DNA from: Sminthopsis crassicaudata
Taxonomy: Eukaryota
Direction: 5' to 3'
NCBI RefSeq assembly: GCF_048593235.1
Contig: NC_133619.1
Coordinates: 605,904,558 to 605,968,557 of the forward strand
DNA length: 64,000 bases
The notes below the pieces were generated by a model that was given only the letters and a program-made list of their open reading frames with translations, was not told the DNA's origin and did not search any database. The position numbers and the translations under genes were made by a program. Shown in pieces: positions 11,245-23,165 of the stretch; the stretch's first letter is position 1; each line of letters opens with the position of its first letter.

Positions 11245-12108
11245 TTTGATGGAATTAAAGAAAACCAAGAAAACATAGGTACTCCATCAGCCAGCACCAT
11301 TTCATCCGTATGTGGAACCATCAATTACATTAAAAGGTGTTTTGAATGCTGTGGATAAGTTTGCTTACCTTGGCAGTATACTTTCTAGGGATTTATACAT
11401 TGATACTGAGGTTGATACATGCACTGCCAGATCTAGTTTAGTATTTGGGAAGCTCTGAGGGAAAGTGTGGGAGAGAAATATTAGACTGACTACCAAACTG
11501 AAGGTCTACAGAACTATTATACCGACCTCATGGTTGTATGGCTTTGAAAACTGAACAGTATACCAGCACCATGTCAGGAAACTGAGTCGCTTCCATCTGA
11601 ATTGTCTCAGGAGGATTCTGAAGATCACCTGGCAAGATAAGATAACCAGACACTGAGGTCATTTCTTCAACTAAAGTGCCAAGTATCCAAACTCTACTGC
11701 AAAGGGCACAACTCTGTTGGACTGGTCATATTGTTTGAATGCCAAATGCACACTTATCAAAAGACTATTTTATGGAGAACTAATACAGGGCAAGCATTCA
11801 AGCAGTTAGAAAAGTCAGAAAAAATAAAAGGACACCTTCAAGGTCTCTCTTAAGAATTTTAGAAATGATAGCACAACATTGGAGACACTGGCACAGGATT
11901 GCCTAGCATGGCATGTTTTCATTAGAGAAGTTGCTGTGCTTCATAAGCAAATTGCAACAGCTCAAAAGAAATGTAAGTTGCACAAAATTTTAAAATCCAC
12001 CCCAAATGTTCATAGAAATTATTTGTGCTTGATCTGTGGCACTTGTATGGAGCTCATCAGCCATGTGATATCATTTGAGTCTTCTTCTAGAATGAAGGAC
12101 AACAACCA
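11245..12108 (+). mobile_element. RTE-clade LINE (RTE_Mars-like), 3' part with terminus
   Basis: TKKT*VLHQPAPFHPYVEPSIT from 11264, then DKFAYLGS, TKLKVY and KRLFYGEL motifs, ETLAQD, and the 3' end gaaggacaacaaccaa. Confidence 0.9.
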
Positions 12109-12664
12109 AGTAACTCTAAGCAGAGAATATAAAGTGATATGGACCCATCCTTGACCTAATCAAGGCACTCATCAACTAGGACAGATTGTTAGAACATCGA
12201 ATGTTAGCTCCAGGAAGAAGCTCTAGAATCATGTCAGAGCTGGAAGATATATAGAAAATAGAAGAGTTGAAAGGGACCATAGGGTTTATTTAATTGAATC
12301 CTCTCATTTTATAGTCACTGAGGATATAATATTGCCTATAATTTATTAGTAAATAAGTCAAACAAGATTTGGATCTAGGTCTTCCTGAACTCAAACCATA
12401 AACTCTTTCCACATTTCATAATTTTATGCTTCCTTGATTTAGTCTAGTCTTATTGATTGTTGAAGTTTTTTTAAATTAATTTTGTTCAACTAGCATTTTT
12501 TAAGATGGTATGAGTAGTGCAAAGATTTACAGAAGACAAAATTCTGCCTTCAAAAACTTTTCAGTTTAGTCATAGAAAATAATGGAAAGACAAAAATAGA
12601 AAACACAGTATTACAATGAAAACTCAGTCCTGGTTACATACACAGGAGACCCATGTGTAAGTTC

Positions 12665-13110
12665 AGTGGGCTGCTGCCAGGCATGTGCTTTCTATCTCAG
12701 AGCATGAATAAAAGATTTCTTTCAGCTTTTCTCTCAAGTGAGAGATACAAGTATAATAAGTGTGATCACTTCCTTCATCAGAAGTTCCCAAGTGCAAGTC
12801 AATAGCAGTTGTGAATCTTGCCCAAACATGATCAGTAACATTATGTAAAGCCTGTGACATCATTCCTATTGGAATTGTACGCACATATTGGAAATAGCAC
12901 ATGTTGACTTTCCTGAGCTTTTTGTTTTGATCTCAGGCTACTTGTTAGGTTCAACAGTATGATAGAAAGGTTTAAGATGTGGAATTTCTTTATTGTATGG
13001 CAAGGGACAGTTCTAGACTTTTCTGATTCTTGTCGATGCTAAATTTTTCTTTAGTAGGAAATTGAGTAGACTCTCAATTTTATTTGTCCTTAGGATATAA
13101 AAGAATGATA
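12665..13110 (-). mobile_element. Gypsy/Ty3 LTR-retrotransposon integrase core fossil
   Basis: Ordered minus-strand motifs: EKSRTVPCH (12997-13023; cf. KSRTTPYH), LLNLTSSLRSKQK, SQHVLFPICAYNSNRNDVTG (AYN..VTG 12850-12882), MFG, IDLHLGT, LREKLK (12720-12737). These follow the vertebrate Gypsy integrase pattern WSQHxxxLVHAYNxTxNDATGYSPYxLMFGRxxRLPIDL. Confidence 0.75.
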
Positions 13111-14339
13111 TAGAAAGAATCTTGTGTTTTGAGCCTCTAACTTGGGACTCAGGGAGCAATCTGTTGTTCTTCCAGCAGGTGAGGAGGGGCTATTTCTCTG
13201 TATCTCACTTTTTCTTTGGCAGCCATGGTTGGTAATCTGGAGTCAAGGAAAGAAACAGAAGAGGAAGCTAGGAACTTAAAATCCTGCCTGCCCTTCTTCC
13301 CCTACCCTTCTTCAAGGGAGACTTTCCTTCGTGCCTGGAGGGAAAGCAGGAAGTTAGGAGGGAAGCTGGAGATGTATGTAACAGACTAGAAGTATATCTA
13401 TGTTCTTCCTTAAATATTATTAGTCAAGGGGAATATGATCAGGTCCAGGCTAACTTATGAATTCTCTTATTGAAGAGAATGGAACCCTAAGCTATCTATC
13501 CAAAGCTTGACTTTTTCTCCACCAAATACCAGTTTGATAATGAACACACATAGAGATTAGCCAAAAACAAACAAACAAAAACAAACAAACAAACAAAAAC
13601 CTTAATCCAAGTCAACAGCAAACCAAAAATCAGAGAAGGTACCAAGAGAAGTATACTAGATAATGCAGAATAAAGGAGCTCTCTCATTGGGAATGAGATA
13701 AGTCAGCTCAACTAATAGAGTCCTGGGTTTCATTCAAAGGCAAAACTCCCCAAGTTTCTAGTATAGAAGGCTAGGGATAGGGACATAATGAAAACTCTTG
13801 GCTTTCTTTATGTTTTCCAGGATCTGTAACTTGAAGTAGAATTAGCCTCTTCCATCTTCCCTCTCAAAGCTGGAAGTCAAAAATATTTGAAGCAATCCAA
13901 TGCTTGTAGAGCCTCAACATGATTGAAGACAGTTAGAACCTCCTTACTCTTTTTTTGTAGGCATTTATTAAACACCTACTATATGCCAGGTACTGTGATA
14001 AGTGCTCAGGATACAAAGAAAGTCAAATACAATCAAATCCTACCCTCAAGGGGCTCACAATTTAATAAAGAAGAAAATATGACCCACATAGCTATATGTA
14101 AATAAAACATTGACATATTGGCTACTCACAATCCTATATTACAGTGCAAAAAAAAAGCTTTAAAAATGTGGAAACATGTTGTAACCTTAAAACTTAGTTG
14201 TAAAAGGGTAAATTGCATGCCATCTCTATTATCTCATCTAAATATTAAATATGTTCAGCAAACCTCCAGAAGATGAACTTATATGCCAATAATTTTAACC
14301 AATCAGAAAAGCAATAATTTATCTGCACAATATCTATAG

Positions 14340-14580
14340 GAAATTTTGTTTTTAAATTTCATTTCTTAATTAATATATGCACATTTATTTTTTTACATAT
14401 TTCCACAAATCATGTTGGGAGAGAAAAATCAGAACAAAAGAAGAAAACCACAAGAAACAAAAAATCAGAAAAAAAGGTGAAAATAGTATGTTTCAACATA
14501 CATTCAGTCTTCATAGTTCCCTCTCTAGATGTGAATGGAATTTTCTATCCCAAGTCTATTAACATTGCCTTGGATCACTG
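14340..14580 (-). mobile_element. L1 3'UTR fragment
   Basis: Similar in sequence to the L1 3'UTR pieces at 7511-7790 and 14750-15033. Confidence 0.7.
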
Positions 14581-14639
14581 AATTGATGGAAAGAGTAGTA
14601 GGAGTGAAGACCATATAGAGTCAAGAGATTTTTGGTCAC

Positions 14640-15835
14640 TATTGATCGGAGAAATGCAAATTAAGATAACTCTGAGCTATTATTACATACCTCTCACAGG
14701 AAAAGATAATGAATGTTGGAGGGGATGTGGAAAAACTAGTACAGTATTGTTTTTTTATTATTATAGTTTTAGTTACAAAATATATGCATGTGTAATTTTT
14801 CAACATTGAACCTTGAAAAACCTTCTGTTCCAACTTTCCCCCTCCTTCCTCTCACCCCCTTCCCTAGATGGCAGGAAGCCCAATACATGTTAAATGTGTT
14901 AAAGTATGTATTAAATCCAATATGTGTATACATATTTATACAGTTATCTTGCTGCATAAGGAAAATTGGATCTAGAAAGAAAGAAAAAAACCTGAGAAGG
15001 AAAACAAAAATGCAAGCAAACATCAACAGAAAGAACACTAATACAATGTTGATGGAGTTGTGAACTGATTCAACAGTTCTGGAGAGTAGTTTAGAACTAT
15101 GTCCAAAAGGCTATCAAATTGTGCATACCCTTTGATCCAGCAGTGTCTCTACTGGGCCTGTATCCCAAAGAGATCATAAAGGAGGGAAAGAGACCTACAT
15201 GTGCAACAGTGTTTGAGGCAGCCCTTTTTGTAATGCCAAGAAACTGAAAACTGAGTGGATGTCCATCAGTTGGGGAATGGCTGAATAAGTTATGGTATAT
15301 GAATGTCATGGAATATTATTGTTCTGTAAGAAATAACCAACAGGATGATTTCAGAGAGGCCTGGAGAGACTTACATGAACTGATGCTAAGTGAACTGAGA
15401 AGAACCAGAAAACACCATTGTACTTGGCAACAACAATATTATGTGATGACCAATTCTGATGGATATGTCTCTTGCAAACAGTGAGGTGATTCAGATCAGT
15501 TTTAATGGTCTTGTGATGAAGAAAACCATGTGCACTCAGAGAGAGGACTGGGGGAACTGAGTGTGGACCCCAACATATTATTTTCACTCTTTTTGCTGTT
15601 GTTTGCTTGCTTTTTGTTTTCTTTCTCATTGTTTTCTTTTTGATCTGATTTTTCTTGTTCAGCAATTTGTGGAAACATGTATAGAAGAATTTTACATGTT
15701 TTAACAAATATTGGATCACTTGCCAACTGGGGAAGGGGATGGGGGGAATGGAGGGGAAAATTTAGAACACAAGGTTTTATAAGAATGAATACTGGAAAAT
15801 TATGCATATTTGAAAATAAAAAGCTTTAATTAAAA
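14640..15835 (+). mobile_element. 5'-truncated L1 (ORF2 C-terminus and 3'UTR) with a nested antisense L1 3'UTR fragment at about 14750-15033
   Basis: gaaatgcaaattaagataactctgag...tgttggaggggatgtggaaaa is interrupted and resumes at acactaatacaatgttgatgg; AATAAA near 15816. Confidence 0.85.
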
Positions 15836-17379
15836 TAATTGAGAAAATATAAATAAAATGGGGATAATATATGTTACATTTAGCTCATAGAATTCTTTTT
15901 GAGGGTCAAACAAAATTAAAAGATTCTTGGAATCTTGAATGTGCCTTCTTTTGTAATATAATTATTGAGATAATATAATAAAGATTTATATAACTATTTA
16001 AAATTTGCAAAGCCATTTGTATACATTATCTCATTAAGCCTCATGTCTACTGTATTGAATAGGTATGACAAGTATTATTATTCCTTTTTTTAAAATAGAA
16101 GAAATAATTGAGATTGAGACAACTTAAATGATTTCCTCAAGATCATATTGTCAGATAGTATCAGTCAGATCTGGATCCTGTTCTTCCGACCTCTAAGTCT
16201 AGCTTTTAAATCATTACTGGTTCATCTATGTTGTGTAAGGACTTGTTATTTTAAGAGCTTTTTTTTTATATTCCCACTTTTCTCCTCAGGATAAACATGT
16301 TTATGAACATTTAATCCCTAGGAGAATGTTTCTACATATAAACTCAAATTGATTAACACAAGAAGGGAAAAAGTGATGCAACACTCTTGTAAGAGTTAAC
16401 ACATTAGATTATCAGTAATTCACACCTTACTGTAAATAGCTTAATCAGATCATTTCCAGCTAGAAGTACTTTTCCTCTTTCTCCTCCCCTCTCCTCTTCT
16501 TCCTCCTTTCTCCTCCTCTGTCTTCCCTTCTTTTCCTCTTCCTCCTGCTCCTCCTTTTCTTCCTTTTTTTCATCATCATCACCACCACCACCATCCCCAC
16601 CACTATAAGATGGGGTATAATAATGCCATCTACCTCAAAGGGCTATGTGAGGATTAAATGAAATAACCTACAATGCTTTGCAAACATTACATCACTATCT
16701 AAATGCTAGCCATTACTATTTATTTTAAAGATGATTTTAGACTTTGCTCACAACCCTTCTTTGGCTAGAGTAGCTGGCTGAACTCAAAATCAGAAAAATC
16801 TGATTTCAGATCTTTCCTGACATACTCACCAGCTGTGTGACTGTGGCCAAGTTATTTAACATCTCTGTTTCTCAGTTCCCTCAGCTGTAAAATGAGGAGT
16901 TGGACTCATTGACCTCCAAGGCCCCTTCTGCCTCTAAATATTTGCTCTTATGATCTAAATTTATTTTCTTGGGATAAGCAGTTTTGGGAAAGTGACCAAG
17001 GTGGAATATGTGGGTATTTCTTTTGGCATCTAATTCAGTAATTATCAACATCATCATCATCATCATCATCATCATCGTTAATGCTTACATAGTGCTTACT
17101 GTGTGCCAAACACTATGCTAAACCCTTTGTGATTATTATCTCATTTGATTCCCTTAACAACGCTGGGAGGGAGGTACTATTATTATCTACATTTTACAGA
17201 TGAGAAAACTGAGATTAGGAGTTATAAAACTTGTAACTGTCTGAAAGTGGATTTGAATTCAGGTCTTCCTGATGCCAGACCCAGTTTAGCTGCCCCCTCT
17301 CATATTTTATAGATGAATTTTATAGGTTCAGAAGGATTATGTGCCTTGACCATTCATGAACATACAGATTCTCTCTCTC

Positions 17380-17660
17380 TTTTCATTCCTCCTGGTTGAA
17401 CTTGTAAACCATATACTATGCTTTGGACTGGTTGGTCCCCTTTTGGCCTTCTACTATTGGGAGCATTTTGTACAATGGGGTTTTCAAGGTAACATTTGAA
17501 GATCTTGCAACAGTATCAGCAAAAAGCCCTGGTGAATACCTTGTTTTTTTCCCATCCAATGACCACATCCTCCATAAAGGCTTTGGCCAAATAGAAGATT
17601 TGTGATACATGGCTTTCTAGGGGTTGAACAATTCAAAGAGCTTTTGTGGAATCAAAAAAT
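17380..17660 (-). mobile_element. Probable Gypsy integrase zinc-finger region fragment
   Basis: With frameshifts: FY-WPK (17581-17596), EDV (17564-17572), YCCKIFKC then KTP, resembling RFYWPKM..EV..YC..C..C..RKTP. Spacing is imperfect. Confidence 0.4.
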
Positions 17661-18049
17661 CCCCTGAGTGGAAAGAACCTTGGAAGTCATTTAGTTCAGG
17701 GTCCACACTATTTTTGAAAAGTGAACATTCAGACTCTACCAGAAGATATGACTCAAGGGAACCTTGCTGCTCCATGAGATAGCTCATTCCTCTTTGGATA
17801 GCTTTCTATATAGGAAGCTTCTCATAATATCATAAATTTGGAACTGGAAGAGGCCAATTAGCCCAATCTCCTCATTTTACATAGAGGAAACTGAGACACA
17901 AAAGTCAAGTGACCTTGCTTGTATAGATCATAAAGGGCAGAGCTGAGGTTTGAATTTTAGAGTCTCTGTCTTTAAATCCATTGTTCCACCATTTCCCCTG
18001 GATTCTTTGTTGCAGCAATAATAAATACTTGTTAGATTAGACAGATTGA

Positions 18050-18330
18050 ATTAGGCCTAATTCCTTCAGGCTCATTACTTCTTGTCCAAGAGAATTGCTG
18101 GCAGAGGAAGAAGTGCCCTTTCATGCTCCTTTATTTTCTAGCTGATGTGTGGTGAATTCATTTGGTCTTTGCTTCTACTTTTCTTTGGGAAAGGATATGT
18201 TTGGTCAATTTTGATCAGCTTGAAACTTTTCAGTGAATATTCCTGGATTGTCATTGTCAGATGAATTTTTAAATTGTCTAGAATTAAGAATTCAAATCTT
18301 GTCTCAGAAACTTTCTAGTTGTGTGATTAT
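18050..18330 (-). mobile_element. Possible Gypsy RNase H fragment
   Basis: H-QLE..F near 18326-18310 and DNDNP at 18258-18244 (cf. HQLEFLAL...TDNNP). Weak alone; supported mainly by its position between the RT and integrase pieces. Confidence 0.3.
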
Positions 18331-18419
18331 ACATATTATGGATATACATATCTGTATGTATATGGGTGTGTGTGTGTATAATTTTTTTGGTAAATTTTAA
18401 ATGTTATTTAAATACTAGC

Positions 18420-18640
18420 TATTTTATTGTTGTTATTCAGTCATATTTATTCATAACTTTAGGGTTTTCTTGGCAGAGATACTGGAGTGGTTTGTCATTT
18501 TCTTTTACAGCCATTTTACTAAGGCAAACAGGGATAAGGGATTTGCTCAAGGTCACATAGCTAGAAAGCTAAGGTCAAATTCAAACTCAGCTCTTCCTGA
18601 CTCTGGGACCAGTGCTCTATTCACTGCATCACCTGGAAAC
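18420..18640 (-). mobile_element. MAR1-type SINE
   Basis: ttttcttggcagagatactggagtggtttgtcattttctt is the reverse of the MAR1 tail; core also present. Confidence 0.75.
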
Positions 18641-18729
18641 GGCTATTATTATCATCCAATTTTTATTGAAAACAAAATTTGTGGTGGGAAAAATTCTGTA
18701 ATTTGTTCAGCTATTTTCTAATTAGTGAA

Positions 18730-19330
18730 CACCTACTTTGTTTTGGTTCTCACTACTACAACAAAAAGTTCTGCCTTAAATTTCTTTATATATGGATTTT
18801 TTTCCCTGTCTTTGACATGCTTAATGGTGGTATCATGGGTCAAAGGACATACACAGTTTAATAACTTTTTTGGGAATTGTTCCAAATTACTTTCCATAAT
18901 AGTTGGACCAAATTAGTGCTTCACCAACAGTGTCTATCCTCCCATAGACCCTTTCTTCCTTCCCCTTTTAATTTTTTTTCATCTTCTCCTTTTTGTCATC
19001 TTTTTCAATGATAGGTGTGAGGTAGAATCTCAGAACTGCTTTAATCTTTATTTGAATGATTAGTTTAGGCAATGGCACATTTTTAAAAATGGTCTCCCAT
19101 AGTTTACTTTTCTTCTTTTGAAAACTACCCATTCATACCCTTTGAATATTTTGTTCATTGAGAATCATCCTTGCTCTTCTATATCTACATTAATTTCCAA
19201 TGTATTTTGAGTATCAGATTTTTATCAGAGAAATTTACCTCAAAGATTTTTTTCCCAGTTAACTGTTTTCCTTCTAATTTTAATTGCATTGATTTTGTTT
19301 GTGCCTATAATGTTTCCTCTGTTTGAGTCC
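18730..19330 (-). mobile_element. Old L1 ORF2 3' fragment
   Basis: gggtcaaaggacata...ttccaaattactttccataatagttggacca...gtgtgaggtagaatctcaga is typical reverse-strand old L1 sequence. Confidence 0.65.
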
Positions 19331-19389
19331 TTCTCAAACAGTCCTTCCTTTTATTCAGGAGTATCTTACCCCCACCCTCATCCCAAATG

Positions 19390-19740
19390 GCAAGGGCTCA
19401 TTTTGCACTTGGTCCCCAGATTTTAATCTTGCTATTGTGAAGTAAGATTTCAATGCAGCATGTGCAGATAAAAGTCTTTTTCAGCTGTCTTTTGGTAAAT
19501 ATTCTTAGTACAGCATCTGTCTTTATACTTGTCAGTTTGATCCTCTGAAGAGAACTAAGTTCTATAGCTTTTAAGCCTATTAGAGGATTCAAGACTCAAG
19601 TTGCCCCTGGATAGCAGTCAATCTGGCATCCGTAGCTGCATGATACATTACAGTACTATGGGGCTTGTTCCAGTGGGAATTGTTGGTGCTTATCAGTTAG
19701 GGCAGGATTAATTCAAGTCCCTCTCTGGAATTCTTCTCCA
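19390..19740 (-). mobile_element. Gypsy reverse transcriptase fragment
   Basis: SPIVL (19651-19665), LRM (19627-19635), IDC, GSN* (19532-19543), LR..YQ (about 19492-19508), KKTFIC (19464-19481), in the order of SPIVVV..IRMCIDY...GSKWF..LRSGYYQ..KTAFIC. Confidence 0.6.
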
Positions 19741-20967
19741 CTCAAAAAGAGTTAGATTCAAAATCTAGTTTCTGAGAAATGATACAAGCAGACAGCAAAG
19801 GACTCAATAGATGGATATTGAATATTGATAAGAAAAATAAAAATAGACCTTAGCCTTCCACTTAGTGATTCCCTATGAGAGAACCCAGTCCTTTTTTTTT
19901 TTTTTTTTTTAACAATCTCAATGTATATGAAGGTTGTAGCTCTCAACTAAGGCATGTTCTATCTGGAAACTGCCTTGCTGATCATAATACTTTCCTTGGT
20001 ATTCAGCACCAAAATATCAGAACTGAGGAGAAACAGGGGGGAAGTAGCTGGCTCTTAGTCTGAGTGTCAGAGGTAGCCTGGTGGCCAAATACTTGACTTG
20101 GAACCAGCCAGGGAAGACCTGGGTTCAAATTTTGCCTCTAACATTTATTTAGCTCCATGACCCTGGGCAGATCCAATAACCAATCTGAGCTGCAGGTATC
20201 TATAAAATGGATATAACAGTGATTGCCTCACAAACTTATGGTGAGGATTAAGTGAGATGAGGAGTAGGACAATTTGCACACTTTAAAGCCCTAGACAAAT
20301 ATCAGATAATCTTTCTTTTTTTAGTATATTCTAAAATTTGCTTATCTCTGACCCGTAATAGATGATACTGAGTCTCTAGCTCTCTTGGTACCTATGGTTA
20401 TTTCCCTAAATTCAGAAATTGGTCATATATGGTTATTTTCATGTGGTCTCCCCATTAGACTGTAGACTTCATGAGGTCAGGTAAGGCTTTTTGTTGTTAT
20501 TTTTTGTGTTTTGCCTTCTTTTGTGTTGCCAGAACCTAGTACAGTGCCTGGCACTTAATAAATTCTTATTGATTTGACTTGAGATATACTGTGGTACTCT
20601 AGCTTTTGTATGCAGAGATCTAATGAGGGAGAGCTCATTCCTTTCCAAGAAATTTAATTTTGTTTTTGGAATCTTTATATCTTCAGCACTTGGGACAGCT
20701 CCTGGCATATAGTGGTGTTTAATAAATGCCTACCAAATAACTGACTGGCCTTCAGCCCCTGTTACAGTCCATAGATGACCAATTCTAGTATCCACAGCTT
20801 CTTTCCTTTCTTCCCTTCAGTTGCTACATATAAGGACCAGTGTGTATTTTCAAAAGTTTTTATTTACAGGGGAAAAGAGGAATAAAGAAAACTATCAAGA
20901 ATAAAGTTGTGGGAAAAGGAAAGTGTGTAGAAAAGAAACTATCCATTGTAAAATTCTTCTGCCTCTA

Positions 20968-20969
<2 letters not shown>

Positions 20970-21042
<73 letters not shown>
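20970..21042 (+). repeat. (TC)n microsatellite
   Basis: Pure TC run of about 36 units. Confidence 0.98.
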
Positions 21043-21044
<2 letters not shown>

Positions 21045-21717
21045 CCCACCTCAAACTCTTGGCCTCCTTCAAGTTTCAGCTGAAGTCTGTCCTTCCTCTG
21101 TATCCCTAGAACTAAGCAAAGTGCCTGGTACATAGTAAGTGCTTCATAAATGTTGGTTAACTTGAAATATATGATCATATGGTTATATTTAATTATTATG
21201 TGGAATTTAGCTTCTACTGCCAAGTGAATTTGGATGAACCCATGATTTCCCATTCCCCTTACAGATGGGGCGACAGCCCCCCTCAGTATGGGTGCAGGAT
21301 GTGTTAAGAATCATGGAGGAAAGAGCAGCTATATGTTGCTTTGATCCTTTTTTTAGAAATCAGCTTAGAAATTTGGATCTGTCTGGATTACTGTTATAGT
21401 TGGGGTTGTTGTTTGTCCCTCATGACATCATGGAGGTGTGGTGTCATGACATGCAAATGAATTGGATTTAAGGGAGGGAGGAGTAGACAAGGTCACTTAC
21501 CTCACTTTTCCCTTCAGAGCTATCTGGGTCCAGTGGCCAGAGAGAGATCAGGAATACTGGAGATGGCCCTCGCCTGAATCTGTCTCTGAGATAACACAAG
21601 CCCATCCAATAATCTTTAGAGTTGCCTAATAGCCTAACTGGGGCAGAATAGGGATGTGATAACCCATCTCCTTTATAATATACATTTATCAGAATTTGTT
21701 GGAATATATGGGAGAGC

Positions 21718-21964
21718 TGTTGTAATATACGGGCGCTGCCTAACAGTGGCTGCTGGAGATCCAATCCAGAATGGATCTCCTCCTGTGAGAGGATGATTCC
21801 AGGAGACTGAGAGGCCGTTGTGCTGTCTGACCTCTCCCCTCTTCCCTCTGCCTCCAATTTATCTCGTTCCCATTCTGCAATACCTGTGTAAGCAAAGGCT
21901 GCCCTGCAACCCCTTCAGATCCACAGCTGTGGAGGCTGTCGAAGAATTGACCTGTCCCTTAACA
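21718..21964 (-). mobile_element. Solo LTR-like element (ERV-type)
   Basis: Minus strand reads TGTTAAGGG...TTACAACA; composition resembles marsupial LTRs; no TSD seen. Confidence 0.5.
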
Positions 21965-22111
21965 GGAATTGTTGTTCTTTAATTATGAAAAATTGTCTTT
22001 AAAAACAGTCTGTTTAAATTCCTGGGGCTGATCCTCAGTGGACAATGCTTTATTTCTGCCTTGGTGTTTTTTTTAATTTTTGCCCTTCCTCTCCCTCCAA
22101 TTTTGCCTTAT

Positions 22112-22344
22112 NNNNNNNNNNNNNNNNNNNNNNNNNNNNNNNNNNNNNNNNNNNNNNNNNNNNNNNNNNNNNNNNNNNNNNNNNNNNNNNNNNNNNNNNN
22201 NNNNNNNNNNNNNNNNNNNNNNNNNNNNNNNNNNNNNNNNNNNNNNNNNNNNNNNNNNNNNNNNNNNNNNNNNNNNNNNNNNNNNNNNNNNNNNNNNNNN
22301 NNNNNNNNNNNNNNNNNNNNNNNNNNNNNNNNNNNNNNNNNNNN
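22112..22344. other. Assembly gap (N run)
   Basis: 233 Ns. Confidence 1.
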
Positions 22345-22354
22345 CTTCTTCCCA

Positions 22355-22670
22355 CCTCTAGGCTGGAAGTGCAGTAGACACTCACAGGCCAATATTTATT
22401 ATCTTGGAAGCTCTATTCTGCTTGCTTTTTCCAATCTAGCCTGGTTCAGAGATCCACTAGGTTTTCTAAAGATTAGTGAAGCAGACCAGATTGGGATAAC
22501 CAAGCAGGTCAAAGACTTGCCCTGTCTTTAGGCAGCCCAGTGGCCTCTGCTCCTGTAAGCTCATCATATTGATGACAGAATGAGTGTGGACACCCAATAT
22601 ACTTTGGGCCTACTGAGGCTCAGAACTCCCTAGCTCAAGAGATCCCCTTTCAGTGCAGAGATCACACCTA
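22355..22670 (-). pseudogene. 7SL (SRP RNA)-derived retrocopy with internal inverted duplication
   Basis: Reverse-complement matches to 7SL: aggctggaagtgcagt..tcacaggc, catattgatg, agtgtggacaccc, cagaactcc, gctcaagagatcc. The 3' end abuts an N gap. Confidence 0.8.
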
Positions 22671-23152
22671 AGGGCCCCCACTCCTGGCTCTACACTACTT
22701 CTTCTCACCCTCCCTACCTCCAATAGCACACTTTTCGAGGACATCTCCTCACAGAGGCAATCAAGGGAGAAAGAAAAAGATGGCTCCATTTTAGGCTAAA
22801 GCGTTTTCGGTAATACATTCTGATGGATGATTAAGAAGAAAGGTGGGACTGAGATCTGTCAGTCATCACTAGTGAGTTTGTCCAGACCAAAACACTGAAG
22901 CCCCTTTTGTGTCCCTACTCCTGCCAGAAGAGTTAATCATAGGTCAATTCTGTGTGTACCACGGTCAGATAATTATATGAAAACATCCCTTTGAGAATAA
23001 GGAAGCAGGGGCTTCTGGGACAGGATGTGAACAAAGGGAAAGTGTCAGAAAACCAATTGTTTAGGGAGAAAATAATGAAGGGAGCTAGAATTAAATAATC
23101 TGCAAAAGACTCAGTGGAGCAATGGTAGTAAGTAGGATTTCAACTATTTCAA

Positions 23153-23165
23153 TGCCCCCTTGTGG
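23153..23165 (-). promoter_or_regulatory. CTCF-like motif
   Basis: Minus strand CCACAAGGGGGCA versus consensus CCASYAGRKGGC; motif match only. Confidence 0.4.

Noticed and set aside
13400-13700. LVEK...RIH as an additional Gypsy integrase piece
   Set aside because: Position fits but spacing is far from consensus; could be chance.
17423-17605. Macoilin (MACO1)-like peptide (WLVPFW, FFPIQ)
   Set aside because: Only scattered short matches in different frames, with stops and no splice sites.
17380-19740. Endogenous bornavirus or filovirus nucleoprotein (CC..SKIK, FNP..SPG, TIQEY, GEY resemblances)
   Set aside because: Short matches with wrong spacing and inconsistent order; the Gypsy RT-RH-INT reading fits order and strand better. 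A tBLASTn against Mononegavirales N would settle it.
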